A stretch of 64,000 nt of DNA. Origin: Macrostomum lignano. Lineage: Eukaryota. Position 1 is the stretch's first letter. Every line of letters begins with the position of its first letter. Below the pieces are notes generated by a model that saw only the letters and a list, made by a program, of their open reading frames with translations, was not told the DNA's origin and did no database searches. The stretch spans positions 1 through 64,000 of the forward strand of contig NIVC01003948.1 of assembly GCA_002269645.1 (NCBI GenBank). Reading direction: 5' to 3'. Shown piece after piece: positions 12,377-25,150 of this stretch. Position numbers and translations under genes: made by a program.

Positions 12377-15300
12377 GTAATTTTTGTTTTTGTCATTCTT
12401 TAGTAGCTGAGTTTTTTTACTATAAATTGTCATTCAGTAATTTACCACTGCACTGACTTCACTAAGTAATTTGCAAACACTAAAAAAATGACTAGACATC
12501 ACAGGAATCTAAGACAAGAGTAAACTTAAGTGGCAAGTTTTCAAATAGATATAAATATAAAAGCTAAAAAAATGTCTAATAATAGGTCTAACTTTTGATA
12601 AATCAGTTATCTAGATCTAGACTAGTGAGTGTATAGTCTATTGATAAGATTATAGTGATATTTTAAATGGCAATGCTTTTTTAGCTAGCATTGGTCAAAT
12701 AAGCTCATCACTATTTCGCTAATACCATTAAAAATGTAACTTTTTTATTTAGTTGGCATTAGTCAAATAAGCTCATCAATTGTTTAGCTAGCAGTCTTGC
12801 CCTATTACTAGTTAGGATAGATTTCTTACACAAAGTTGTTACATGTTTATATGCTAATAATTATATTGTCAATTCTATACACATTTGTGTTTATATACTT
12901 TTAGTAAAGGTATAGGCAATGGCTAGAGTTCCAGCATTAGAACCCATTTTCTAATGGATACGGATCCGGCAGTCCATAGTCCGGATCATGTAGTGCACGC
13001 CGGAATTTTCCGGCATGCATTTGCTTTTAGCTGGCATGCATGGTGTGCATTGGTATATATTTTAAAGGGTTGGCATATATTTTGGTATGCAAGGCATGCA
13101 TGGCATGGATAGTGATGGTTTAGCATGCAATTGTACATTGCATTTAAAAAGAGATCAAATATGTGTTTCATGTATCTATATGTACAATTATAAATATTAA
13201 CCAATTATATAATGGACTTTGCATGACTAAAACAAAATGTTCTGTTATCTACAAAAACATTTTTAAGTTTTGTAAATTGGACTGTAAATACTGTAAATAC
13301 AAAAATGGAAGCAAGTTTGTCTCTTTAAAGCGAAAAATGTGTTACGTCTTTTTTATATAAATTTATTATCCATATTATCAAGTCAAGTCATGGTAGTCAA
13401 CAATCGCCTATATTCTCTATCACGCTGCCCCTTCATCGGCGTGCACTGGCGTGCAATTTGAAAAAACTCTGCATCCTTGGTGTGCAAACAATTTTTTCAC
13501 AATTTTTTTTCTGGCATGCATTCAACATGATCCGGACTATGGCCAGCAATGCCATTATAATATAGATAGAACATTATATTTTTCTTTCTACAGGTGGCTA
13601 ATATTAAGATTTTGTTCTAGATTAAAATTTAAGATGATATGATAAGATTCAAGATGAGATGTTTCTAATATTTAGACTTCTTAAGATATGTTCTTAGTAG
13701 TCTTTATATGCTTCTATACGGCACTGCTAGATCCCTAGCTGTTAGAAAATGGGTTCTAGTGCTGGAACTCTAGCCATTACCAAAGTGCTTATGTGCACTT
13801 GTACAGAAAGAATCACAGGCTATTGACTTTTATATATAATGCAAAGACTTACAATATGGTAAGTTTAACATTAGGCAATTGTTATTGTTATTGTGACCAT
13901 ATAAATAGCAAGACGGTTATTTTTATGGTCAACACATAAAACAAATACTATCTAAATAAAGTGATAAACTTGCTGTACAAATACTAAGAATAAAATGGTT
14001 AAATTCAAAAATATTTTTAAAAAATTAAAAAAATGTATTTCTTATTTAACAAAACAAGGCCTTGTGTCTACTTAGCTAAATCCACTTTTCTTTGGCTTTA
14101 GTAGAGTATTTGTAGACTTAATACAAACCAGTTTTCACTAAGACTAAAAATGGCTTGATAGGCTACATGCAATATAAAATTAGAAAGAAGGCTACATCAT
14201 AGTCTGGATCATGGCAGGCTTATGCTAAGATAAAAAATCTAGTTTTTTTGTTTTATGCAAGCAAGTAAAAATGTATACCAAAAATAATATTACTTAGGCC
14301 TATACATCCAACTTTTTACAATATATTCTTTTCAAAAAAAAAAATCCTAAAATTTAGTGTCAATCTTTCTAGAAATTTTTATTCTTTGTTTTACTTTTTT
14401 CTATTAGTTTTTTTAATGAGGTTAGATTACCTAATTTTTGGTTGAAGTTTTGATTGAAACAAATTATTTTAGTTTACTAGGTTTTTTACTAGCCTATTAT
14501 AGTGTAAATAAGATTAATAAAAGTTTTTGTATAGCCTTAGTATGTTATTAATAACTAACTACACTGTAGGCCTAATGCATTATAAAAGAATTTATATAGA
14601 GTTTGGGTTTGCTTGCAACATTACTAAATAGTAATGTAATGCTATCTGATACAATTTTAATGTGCAAGTTTGGATCCAGAATCAGGCAATTTCTGATCCT
14701 TAAAAACCCATGCGCCACACTATTAATAAACTATCATCTCTACAAAAATATCAAACAGGAATGCATTCTCAGCGGTCTGATGTCAGTCAGTGGCAAGAAG
14801 GTGCTGCACATGGACCGCAATAATTACTATGGCGGAGACAGCGCTTCAATCACGCCATTGAATGACCTGTTTGGCATGTTCAAGATGGGCGATCCGCCAG
14901 CCTATTTGGAGAAATTCCGTGACTGGAACGTCGACTTAATCCCCAAATTTCTCATGGCCAACGGCGCCCTGGTCAAGCTGCTGCTATTCACTGGCGTCAC
15001 TCGCTACCTCGAGTTCAAGAGCGTTGAGGGTAGCTACGTTTACAAGGGCGGCAAGATTCACAAGGTGCCGTGCAACGAGAAGGAGGCCCTAGCCAGCTCG
15101 CTTATGGGCATGTTTGAAAAGCGAAGGTTTGTCAGAGTTAAATATTTATACGATATTCTGCATGTGTACAGTTTCTCTCTCTGTTTCACTGACTCGTTGA
15201 TACCTTCCGATTCTTTAGGGGTCACTGACTCCCTGCTACCCTCCGATTCTTTAGGGGTCACTGACTCCCTGCTACCATCCGATACTTCAGGGGTCACTGA

Positions 15301-18300
15301 CTCCCTGCTACCCTCCCGATACTTCAGGGGTCACTGACTCCCTGCTACCCTCCGATTCTTTAGGGGTCACTGACTCCCTGCTACCCTCCGATTCTTTAGG
15401 GGTCACTGACTACCTGCTACCCTCCGATTCTTTAGGGGTCACTGACTACCTGCTACCCTCCGATTCTTTAGGGGTCACTGACTCCCTGCTACCCTCCGAT
15501 TCTTTAGGGGTCACTGACTCCCCTCTACCCTCCCGATACTTCAGGGGTCACTGACTCCCTGCTACCATCCGATACTTCAGGGGTCACTGACTCCCCTCTA
15601 CCCTCCCGATACTTCAGGGGTCACTGACTCCCTGCTACCATCCGATACTTCAGGGGTCACTGACTCCCTGCTACCCTCCCGATACTTCAGCGGTCACTGA
15701 CTCCCTGCTACCCTCCGATTCTTTAGGGGTCACTGACTACCTGCTACCCTCCGATTCTTTAGGGGTCACTGACTACCTGCTACCCTCCGATTCTTTAGGG
15801 GTCACTGACTCCCTGCTACCCTCCGATTCTTTAGGGGTCACTGACTCCCCTCTACCCTCCCGATACTTCAGGGGTCACTGACTCCCTGCTACCATCCGAT
15901 ACTTCAGGGGTCACTGACTCCCTGCTACCATCCGATACTTCAGGGGTCACTGACTCCCTGCTACCATCCGATACTTCAGGGGTCACTGACTCCCTGCTAC
16001 CATCCGATACTTCAGGGGTCACTGACTCCCTGCTACCCTCCCGATACTTCAGCGGTCACTGACTCCCTGCTACCCTCCGATTCTTTAGGGGTCACTGACT
16101 CCCTGCTACCCTCCGATTCTTTAGGGGTCACTGACTACCTGCTACCCTCCGATTCTTTAGGGGTCACTGACTCCCTGCTACCCTCCGATTCTTTAGGGGT
16201 CACTGACTACCTGCTACCCTCCGATTCTTTAGGGGTCACTAAATCCCTGCTTCCCCCAAGCCTTAAGCAACTAACGAGCCTCATTATTTGAAATCTTCCA
16301 ACAAAAAATTTAATAATTGGCTTACTTCATTCTCAATCTCGCACCCCTTATCCAGGTTCCGCAAGTTCCTCATCTGGGCGCAGAACATTGACGAGAACAA
16401 CCGCGCCACTTGGGAGGGCATCGACATTCACAAGGACACGGTCAAGGCCGCCTACGAGAAATTCGGCGTCGACCAGAACACCACCGATTTCACTGGGCAC
16501 GCCATCTGCCTGTATCTTAACGACGGATATATGAGCAGTCCGGCTATTGAAGCCATCAGGCGCATCAAGCTGTACAGCGAGTCGCTGGCCAGGTAACTAT
16601 GTGTGTTTTAATATGAAGCTATCTATCGGAAACCCTTTAAAAATTGGTGTACTTTAAATAGTATACAGTGTACTTTAAATAGTATACTGTGTGCTTTAAA
16701 TAGTATACCTTGTACTTTAAGTTGTATACTGTGTACTTTAAATAGTATACCTTGTACTTTAAGTTGTATACTGTGTACTTTAAGTTGTATACTGTGTACT
16801 TTAAATTGTATACTGTGTACTTTAAATTGTATACTGTGTACTTTAAATTGTATACTGTGTACTTTAAATTGTATACCTTGTACTTTAAATAGTATACCTT
16901 GTACTTTAAGTTGTATACTGTGTACTTTAAATTGTATACTGTGTACTTTAAATTGTATACTGTGTACTTTAAATTGTATACTGTGTACTTTAAATTGTAT
17001 ACTGTGTACTTTAAATTGTATACCTTGTACTATAAATATTATATACCGTGTACTTTAATATCACTTTAATGTACGGAACAACTAATAGAAACAATATATG
17101 CCGGTATTTCAGCATTTTTAACAATTGGAATTCAAGCCAATTTTCTATTAAAACTATGTTTTTATAGTATTTTATAGTAGTCTATAGTATTAATATAGTA
17201 TAGTGCTATCTCTTTTTTTAGTAACAAAGCATTAAAAGTGTCATCCCCAGATAATGCAGGCACACATGAACTACAAATTAGCGTCATCTGCAAATTTTCT
17301 CTCGCGTACACGAAAATTGGTTGGAGGGGAGGGGCATGTACTTGCGATTCACGTCCGTTTAGGACTAAACCTCCCAAGATCACACAGTGGGTGCATGTGT
17401 ACAATTGTACATGCCCTGTGCCTAAAAACCATTAAAATGGCACGCTCGGCTGATTGGTTTTATGAATCTATTTTATCATTCTTTGCTGACTGTGTAACAG
17501 TATGTTGTAACGGAGATGATAAAATAATATTCATGAAACGAAAGAGTCAAGCTGTGCCATGCATTTTTATGATTTTTAGGTATAGGGAATGTAGGTTCAA
17601 AAAAATAGAATCCTAATTTTTTGAATGAAAAGCTTTATGAATATCAATATAGTTATAAGAAAGGCACAACATATCAAAAGATAAACATTGGTTCTGTGTC
17701 CTATCGAAAGCAATAACAATTATTGTGCTGAAAAATGAAAACTTCCTGTCTCTAGTTGATTATGTGTCAAAAACCAGCCTCCTTAACATTTTCTAAGAAA
17801 CATTGTTTCCGTACTACTTTGATGAGATGATGAGAAACTCTGGTCTCGTTCTCAGGGGTCAGCAGAATGGGCACGAATGCTTGTCGACTGTCTACAGCGT
17901 CCAGCAGCCTTGGTTTCAATCCCCTCTCCTCTTCCCCAGGTACGGCAGCTCGCCCTACCTGTACCCGATGTACGGCCTTGGCGAGCTGCCGCAAGGCTTC
18001 GCCCGCCTGTCGGCCGTGTACGGCGGCACCTACATGCTCAACAAGCCGGACGCTGAGATTGTCTTCGACGAGACTGGCGCCGTAGCCGGCGTGCAGTCTG
18101 AAGGCCAGGTGGCCAAGTGCAAAGCCGTCATCTGCGATCCCAACTATGCCACGGATCGGGTGCGCAAAGTTGGCAGCGTTATCCGGGCTATCTGCATCCT
18201 ACGGCACCCAATCCCGGACACTGGGGACAAACTGTCCGCCCAAATTATCATTCCGCAGAATCAGGTCAACAGGAAGAACGGTATGTCAATAATCTCTTTC

Positions 18301-21300
18301 AAGAGTAGTTTCCAAGAAAGTGCTTGTTTTTCTTAGAAAAAATAAAAGTTAGAAACAGGCGGACTGAAAGCTGGCAAAGAGGTGTACGGGAGCTGGCAAA
18401 TAGGTGTATGGGAGCTGGCAAATAGTTGTACGGGAGCTGGCAAATAGGTGTACGGGAGCTGGCAAATAGGTGTACAGGAGCTGGCAAACAGGTGTACAGG
18501 AGCTGGAATGAATATAGGTGTAGTGAAGTTGAAAAATAGGTGTACCCGGTATGGGAGCTGGGAAACAGGTGTAATGGAAGCTGGGAAACAGGTGTATAGA
18601 AGCTGGGAAACAGGTGTAATGAAAGCTGGGAAACAGGTGTAATGAAAGCTGGGAAACAGGTGTATAGAAGCTGGGAAACAAGTGTATAGAAGCTGGGAAA
18701 CAGGTGTATAGAAGCTGGGAAACAGGTGTATAGAAGCTGGGAAACAGGTGTATGGAAGCTGGGAAACAGGTGTATGGAAGCTGGGAAACAGGCGGAATGG
18801 TAAATGGGTAGCAGGTGAAATTAATGCATAAATCGACAGTTAGTGCTATGCGCTTGTTGTGCCCTATGTTGAGTGTACAAAAAGGCATATTTTGTGTATG
18901 TCTATGTACATTTTTCTACAAGCATTGGTTTGTGTGCGGTTCTTTCCTGGGCTTTATCAGCAGTTGGCTGCTCGATAAATTCGAAATTCAGAACAGGCCT
19001 CGTTCAAAAGCACTGCTTGATAAGGTCGGGCCAATCCCAATATTGCGTTTCGCCTTTTGTGGAAGCAGAATTTTTCGCCTTCAGTCTCGCTTGGGCTAGT
19101 TTAACTGATTACTTTTCATTTGTGAAGAATTTGGCTATCAATAAATATACGTGAAAACAGCGGGGAGATGGATCAGAGGCGAATGGGAGAATAAAGACTA
19201 AAGAGGGGAGAATGTAAGAACCAAATAGGAGAGGGTGAGAATCAGATGGGAGGGTGAGAATCAGATGGGAGGGTGAGAATCAGATAGGAGGGTGAGAATC
19301 AGATGGGAGGGTGAGTATCAGATAGGAGAGTGTGAGAATCAGATGGGAGAGGATGAGACTCGGAGTGGAGAGGCTGAGAATCAGATGGGAGGGTGAGAAT
19401 CAGATGGGAGGGTGAGAATCAGATGGGAGGGTGAGAATCAGATGGGAGGGTGAGAATCAGATGAGAGGGTGAGAATCAGATGGGAGGGTGAGAATCAGAT
19501 AGGAGGGTGAGAATCAGATGGGAGGGTGAGAATCAGATGGAGAGGGTGAGAATCAGATGGGAGGGTGAGAATCAGATAGGAGGGTGAGAATCAGATGGGA
19601 GGGTGAGAATCAGATAGGAGGGTGAGAATCAGATGGAGAGGGTGAGAATCAGATGGGAGGGTGAGAATCAGATAGGAGGGTGAGAATCAGATAGGAGGGT
19701 GAGAATCAGATGGGAGGGTGAGAATCAGATGGGAGGGTGAGAATCAGATAGGAGGGTGAGAATCAGATGGGAGGGTGAGAATCAGATGGAGAGGGTGAGA
19801 ATCAGATGGGAGGGTGAGAATCAGATAGGAGAGGATGAGACTCAGAGTGGAGAGGGAGAGGGGAAGAATTAGAGTGGAGAGGGAGAGGGGGAGAATTAGA
19901 GTGAAGAGGGCGGGAATCAGAGAAAAGAGGTTGAGATTCAGAGGAGAGAGGGTGAAAATCAAAGGAGAGAGGGTGAGAATCAAAGGAGAGAGGGTGAAAA
20001 TCAAAGGAGAGAGGGTGAGAATCAAAGGAGAGAGGGTGAAAATCAAAGGAGAGAGGGTGAGAATCAAAGGAGAGAGGGTGAAAATCAAAGGAGAGAGGGT
20101 GAGAATCAGAGGAGAGAGGGTGAAAATCAAAGGAGAGAGGTTGAGATTCAGAGGAGAGAAGGGTGAAAATCAAAGGAGAGAGGGTGAGAATCAGAGGAGA
20201 GAGGGTGAGAATCAGAGAAAAGAGGTTGAGATTCAGAGGAGAGAGGGTGAAAATCAAAGGAGAGAGGGTGAGAATCAGAGGAGAGAGGGTGAAAATCAAA
20301 GGAGAGAGGGTGAAAATCAAAGGAGAGAGGGTGAAAATCAAAGGAGAGAGGGTGAGAATCAGAAGAGGGGGTGAGAATCTGATTGTAGATGGTGAGACTC
20401 AGCAGGAAAATTGAGAGAATCAGTTGGTAGAGGTAAAGGTGGACAGCAGAGAGAGTTATAGCTCATAGAATGAATGAGCCCCACACTCCATGCTGCCTCA
20501 GACATCTACGTGTGCGCGGTCTCCTACGCTCACAACGTGGCTTCCAAGCCGAACTTCATCGCCATGGTTTCCACCATCGTTGAGACGGCTAATCCGCGTG
20601 AGGAGCTCCGACCCGGCCTGAACCTGCTTGGCCCGATCGATCAGATCTTCTACAAGGAGAGCGACCTGCTTGAGCCCACCGATAGTGGCGAAAAGTCCAA
20701 GGTAGGCAATTTTGCTGTCGAATGTGTTGTCTTAAGCGTTTTATAGTTTCACGGCTCAGGTGTGGTATAATACGGGTTTAAATGACTCAGGTGTGGTATA
20801 TAAATACGGGTTTAAATGACTCAGGTGTGGTATATAAATACGGGTTTTAATGACTCAGGTGTGGTATATAAATACGGGTTTTAATGACCCCAGGTGTGGT
20901 ATATAAATACGGGTTTAAATGACTCAGGTGTGGTATATAAATACGTCTTTTAATGACCCCAGGTGTGGTATATAAATACGGGTTTAAATGACTCAGGTGT
21001 GGTATATAAATACGGCTTTTAATGACCCCAGGTGTGGTATATAAATACGGGTTTAAATGACTCAGGTGTGGTATATAAATACGGGTTTAAATGACTCAGG
21101 TGTGGTATATAAATACGTCTTTTAATGACCCCAGGTGTGGTATATAAATACGGGTTTAAATGACTCAGGTGTGGTATATAAATACGGCTTTTAATGACCC
21201 CAGGTGTGGTATATAAATACGGGTTTAAATGACTCAGGTGTGGTATATAAATACGGGTTTAAATGACTCAGGTGTGGTATATAAATACGGCTTTTAATGA

Positions 21301-23223
21301 CCCCAGGTGTAAAATGTGCGGCTTTTAATGGCCCAGGTGTAAAATGTGCGGCTTTTAATGGCCCAGGTGTAAAATGTGCGGCTTTTAATGGCCCAGGTGT
21401 AAAATGTGCGGCTTTTACGAGCGTAATGGCCCAGGTGTAAAATGTGCGGCTTTTAATGGCCCAGGTGTAAAATGTGCGGCTTTTAATGGCCCAGGTGTAA
21501 AATGTGCGGCTTTTAATGGCCCAGGTGTAAAATGTGCGGCTTTTACGAGCGTAATGGCCCAGGTGTAAAATGTGCGGCTTTTAATGGCCCAGGTGTAAAA
21601 TGTGCGGCTTTTAATGGCCCAGGTGTAAAATGTGCGGCTTTTAATGGCCCAGGTGTAAAATGTGCGGCTTTTACGAGCGTAATGGCCCAGGTGTAAAATG
21701 TGCGGCTTTTAATGGCCCAGGTGTAAAATGTGCGGCTTTTAATGGCCCAGGTGTAAAATGTGCGGCTTTTAATGGCCCAGGTGTAAAATGTGCGGCTTTT
21801 AATGGCCCAGGTGTAAAATGTGCGGCTTTTAATGGCCCAGGTGTAAAATGTGCGGCTTTTAATGGCCCAGGTGTAAAATGTGCGGCTTTTAATGGACCAG
21901 GTGTAAAATGTGCGGCTTTTAATGGCCCAGGTGTAAAATGTGCGGCTTTTAATGGCCCAGGTGTAAAATGTGCGCCTTTTAATGGCCCAGGTGTAAAATG
22001 TGCGGCTTTTAATGGACCAGGTGTAAAATGTGCGGCTTTTAATGGCCCAGGTGTAAAATGTGCGGCTTTTACGAGCGTAATGGCCCAGGTGTAAAATGTG
22101 CGGCTTTTAATGGCCCAGGTGTAAAATGTGCGGCTTTTAATGGCCCAGGTGTAAAATGTGCGGCTTTTACGAGCGTAATGGCCCAGGTGTAAAATGTGCG
22201 GCTTTTAATGGCCCAGGTGTAAAATGTGCGGCTTTTAATGGCCCAGGTGTAAAATGTGCGGCTTTTAATGGCCCAGGTGTAAAATGTGCGGCTTTTACGA
22301 GCGTAATGGCCCAGGTGTAAAATGTGCGGCTTTTAATGGCCCAGGTGTAAAATGTGCGGCTTTTAATGGCCCAGGTGTAAAATGTGCGGCTTTTAATGGC
22401 CCAGGTGTAAAATGTGCGGCTTTTAATGGCCCAGGTGTAAAATGTGCGGCTTTTAATGGCCCAGGTGTAAAATGTGCGGCTTTTAATGGCCCAGGTGTAA
22501 AATGTGCGGCTTTTAATGGACCAGGTGTAAAATGTGCGGCTTTTAATGGCCCAGGTGTAAAATGTGCGGCTTTTAATGGCCCAGGTGTAAAATGTGCGGC
22601 TTTTAATGGCCCAGGTGTAAAATGTGCGGCTTTTAATGGACCAGGTGTAAAATGTGCGGCTTTTAATGGCCCAGGTGTAAAATGTGCGGCTTTTAATGGC
22701 CCAGGTGTAAAATGTGCGCCTTTTAATGGCCCAGGTGTAAAATGTGCGGCTTTTAATGGCCCAGGTGTAAAATGTGCGGCTTTTAATGGCCCAGGTGTAA
22801 AATGTGCGGCTTTTACGAGCGTAATGGCCCAGGTGTAAAATGTGCGGCTTTTAATGGCCCAGGTGTAAAATGTGCGGCTTTTAATGGCCCAGGTGTAAAA
22901 TGTGCGGCTTTTAATGGCCCAGGTGTAAAATGTGCGGCTTTTAATGGACCAGGTGTAAAATGTGCGGCTTTTAATGGCCCAGGTGTAAAATGTGCGGCTT
23001 TTAATGGCGCAGGTGTAAAATGTGCGGATGTCGAGGAGCCATAACCATCCTATCATGCTCCCCCTTTCCTCGCCCTCAGGTGTACATCTCGAAGAGCTAC
23101 GACGCCACCACGCACTTTGAGACCACTTGCCGCGACGTTCTGGACGTCTACGAGCGCCTGATGGGCGAGAAATTCGACTTCAGCAAAGTGCAGGACAAGA
23201 TTGTTAATGCCGAGGACGACTAA
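12332..23223 (+). CDS. GDI: Rab GDP dissociation inhibitor, 6 exons, 444 aa
   Basis: join(12332-12376,14759-15126,16356-16592,17940-18280,20502-20701,23080-23223) = 1335 nt; all introns GT-AG with consistent phases; hallmark motifs [79 protein letters not shown]. Confidence 0.97.
12915..13781. mobile_element. MITE in GDI intron 1 with ~40-bp TIRs, containing a nested second MITE (12975-13541)
   Basis: GGCAATGGCTAGAGTTCCAGCATTAGAACCCATTTTCTAA vs TTAGAAAATGGGTTCTAGTGCTGGAACTCTAGCCATTACC; inner pair CATAGTCCGGATCATG / CATGATCCGGACTATG. Confidence 0.8.
14759..15126 (+). CDS. GDI: Rab GDI exon 2
   Basis: AACAG|GAATGC ... CGAAG|GTTTGT; ECILSG...MFEKR. Confidence 0.95.
15185..16245. repeat. 36/37-bp minisatellite, GDI intron 2
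   Basis: GGGTCACTGACTCCCTGCTACCCTCCGATTCTTTAG and variant ...CCCGATACTTCAG, ~29 copies. Confidence 0.95.
16356..16592 (+). CDS. GDI: Rab GDI exon 3
   Basis: TCCAG|GTTCCG ... GCCAG|GTAACT; FRKFL...KLYSESLAR. Confidence 0.95.
16645..17060. repeat. 21-bp minisatellite, GDI intron 3
   Basis: TGTACTTTAAATTGTATACTG units. Confidence 0.9.
17940..18280 (+). CDS. GDI: Rab GDI exon 4
   Basis: CCCCAG|GTACGG ... AACG|GTATGT; YGSSPYLYP...NQVNRKN. Confidence 0.95.
18350..18795. repeat. ~21-bp minisatellite, GDI intron 4 (5' part)
   Basis: AAGCTGGGAAACAGGTGTATAG-type units. Confidence 0.9.
19230..20380. repeat. 20/21-bp GA-rich minisatellite, GDI intron 4 (3' part)
   Basis: GAGGGTGAGAATCAGATGGG grading into GAGAGGGTGAAAATCAAAGGA. 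Confidence 0.9.
20502..20701 (+). CDS. GDI: Rab GDI exon 5
   Basis: CCTCAG|ACATC ... CCAAG|GTAGGC; [14 protein letters not shown]...SGEKSK. Confidence 0.95.
20755..23030. repeat. Composite ~34-bp then 30-bp minisatellite, GDI intron 5
   Basis: CAGGTGTGGTATATAAATACGGGTTTAAATGACT (20755-21300) switches to CAGGTGTAAAATGTGCGGCTTTTAATGGCC (21305-23030), with periodic 38-bp variants carrying CGAGCGTA. Confidence 0.95.
23080..23223 (+). CDS. GDI: Rab GDI exon 6 (terminal)
   Basis: CCCTCAG|GTGTAC; [17 protein letters not shown]...AEDD*. Confidence 0.95.
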   Translation: MYISKSYDATTHFETTCRDVLDVYERLMGEKFDFSKVQDKIVNAEDD

Positions 23224-23458
23224 AGCACTGGATTGGAAGCCGTGATTGAATAACTTGACTGACTGAAACTATTATTAACGCAAAACTAATCGGTGGGTGG
23301 AGTCAGGCACTCGGTTTGTCTGCGCTCGGTTTTCTCTCTCTCTTTCATTTCCCTGGCTCTCCCCTTTTTTGTTGCTTTTGTTTCTGTTTCGTTGCTCGCC
23401 GAAAATTTCCAATAACAAATCGCCTGCAGACGGAGTGTTTACGTTCGTACAAAATATT

Positions 23459-23464
23459 AATAAA
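23459..23464 (+). terminator. Candidate polyadenylation signal of GDI
   Basis: AATAAA ~235 nt after the stop codon, followed by a T-rich tract. Confidence 0.45.
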
Positions 23465-23969
23465 TATTTTTGGGTACGGATTTACGGTGATTTCATTAGC
23501 AATATATTAGTTATTAATTCTTAGTGTTTTAGTTAACAATCGGTTATAATTGTGTCAGATTACTAACTATAATACAATATATGCAAGGCTTTAATGTGCT
23601 TCGCCACTCACAAGCCCCTCCAAAAAGATAATGCTTAATAGTCTAACTTTATTTTTATTGTTGTTTTGTCTTGTCCCCCCCCCGATCTTCTGCCTGCCTG
23701 CTTACTGCAACTGAAAAGCCGGTTTTGTGCGTGTTTGCTTTCTATCATCTTATATCTGTTTGTGTTGGCACTGGTATTGCTTAATTATTACTAATTATTA
23801 TTTTTTTCATAGCGGTGTAGTACTTGCAGTAGTATCTTTTATTTTAGTTTTTGTTGCGCCGGACTGCCGTCAAACTGTTATAACTATTAATATCGTTATA
23901 TGGCATGTTTATTTAATTAGTAATTTGTATCGCGTAAATTCAGTACCCAACTAAAATATGTGTGTGTTA

Positions 23970-25150
23970 GCCGAGATCAAACCTAGGACCACCACAGGTA
24001 TGTTTGTAAACAAAGACAATAATAGGGTGCGGTCACATTGGAGATCGAACCTAGGACCACCACAGGTATGTTTGTAAACAAAGACAATAATAGGGTGCGG
24101 TCACATTGGAGATCGAACCTAGGACCACCACAGGTATGTGCGTAAACAAAGCCAATAATAGGGTGCGGTCACATTGGAGATCGAACCTAGGACCACCACA
24201 GGTATGTGCGTAAACAAAGCCAATAATAGGGTGCGGTCACATTGGAGATCGAACCTAGGACCACCACAGGTATGTGCGTAAACAAAGCCAATAATAGGGT
24301 GCAGTCACATTGTAGATCGAACCTAGGACCACCACAGGTATGTTTGTAAACAAAGCCAATAATAGGGTGCGGTCACATTGGAGATCGAACCTAGGACCAC
24401 CACAGGTATGTTTGTAAACAAAGCCAATAATAGGGTGCAGTCACATTGTAGATCGAACCTAGGACCACCACAGGTATGTTTGTAAACAAAGCCAATAATA
24501 GGGTGCGGTCACATTGGAGATCGAACCTAGGACCACCACAGGTATGTTTGTAAACAAAGCCAATAATAGGGTGCGGTCACATTGGAGATCGAACCTAGGA
24601 CCACCACAGGTGTGTGCGTAAACAAAGCCAATAATAGGGTGCGGTCACATTGGAGATCGAACCTAGGACCACCACAGGTATGTTTGTAAACAAAGCCAAT
24701 AATAGGGTGCGGTCACATTGGAGATCGAACCTAGGACCACCACAGGTATGTGCGTAAACAAAGCCAATAATAGGGTGCGGTCACATTGGAGATCGAACCT
24801 AGGACCACCACAGGTATGTGCGTAAACAAAGCCAATAATAGGGTGCGGTCACATTGGAGATCGAACCTAGGACCACCACAGGTGTGTGCGTAAACAAAGC
24901 CAATAATAGGGTGCGGTCACATTGGAGATCGAACCTAGGACCACCACAGGTATGTGCGTAAACAAAGCCAATAATAGGGTGCGGTCACATTGGAGATCGA
25001 ACCTAGGACCACCACAGGTGTGTGCGTAAACAAAGCCAATAATAGGGTGCAGTCACATTGGAGATCGAACCTAGGACCACCACAGGTATGTGCGTAAACA
25101 AAGCCAATAATAGGGTGCAGTCACATTGGAGATCGAACCTAGGACCACCA
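23970..25150. repeat. 68-bp satellite (~17 copies) containing a Pol III B-box on the minus strand
   Basis: Unit GAGATCGAACCTAGGACCACCACAGGTATGTGCGTAAACAAAGCCAATAATAGGGTGCGGTCACATTG; period 68 confirmed (24041 to 24109). Confidence 0.9.

Noticed and set aside
17383-17389. CACAGTG heptamer as a Transib/RSS end
   Set aside because: No nonamer at 12/23 spacing and no matching inverted partner found.
17820-17930. C/D snoRNA in GDI intron 3 (ATGATGA C-box-like)
   Set aside because: No downstream CTGA D-box or terminal stem within the intron.
23970-25150. Tandem tRNA genes
   Set aside because: Only a T-arm/B-box-like segment is present; no acceptor stem, D-arm or anticodon arm could be folded.
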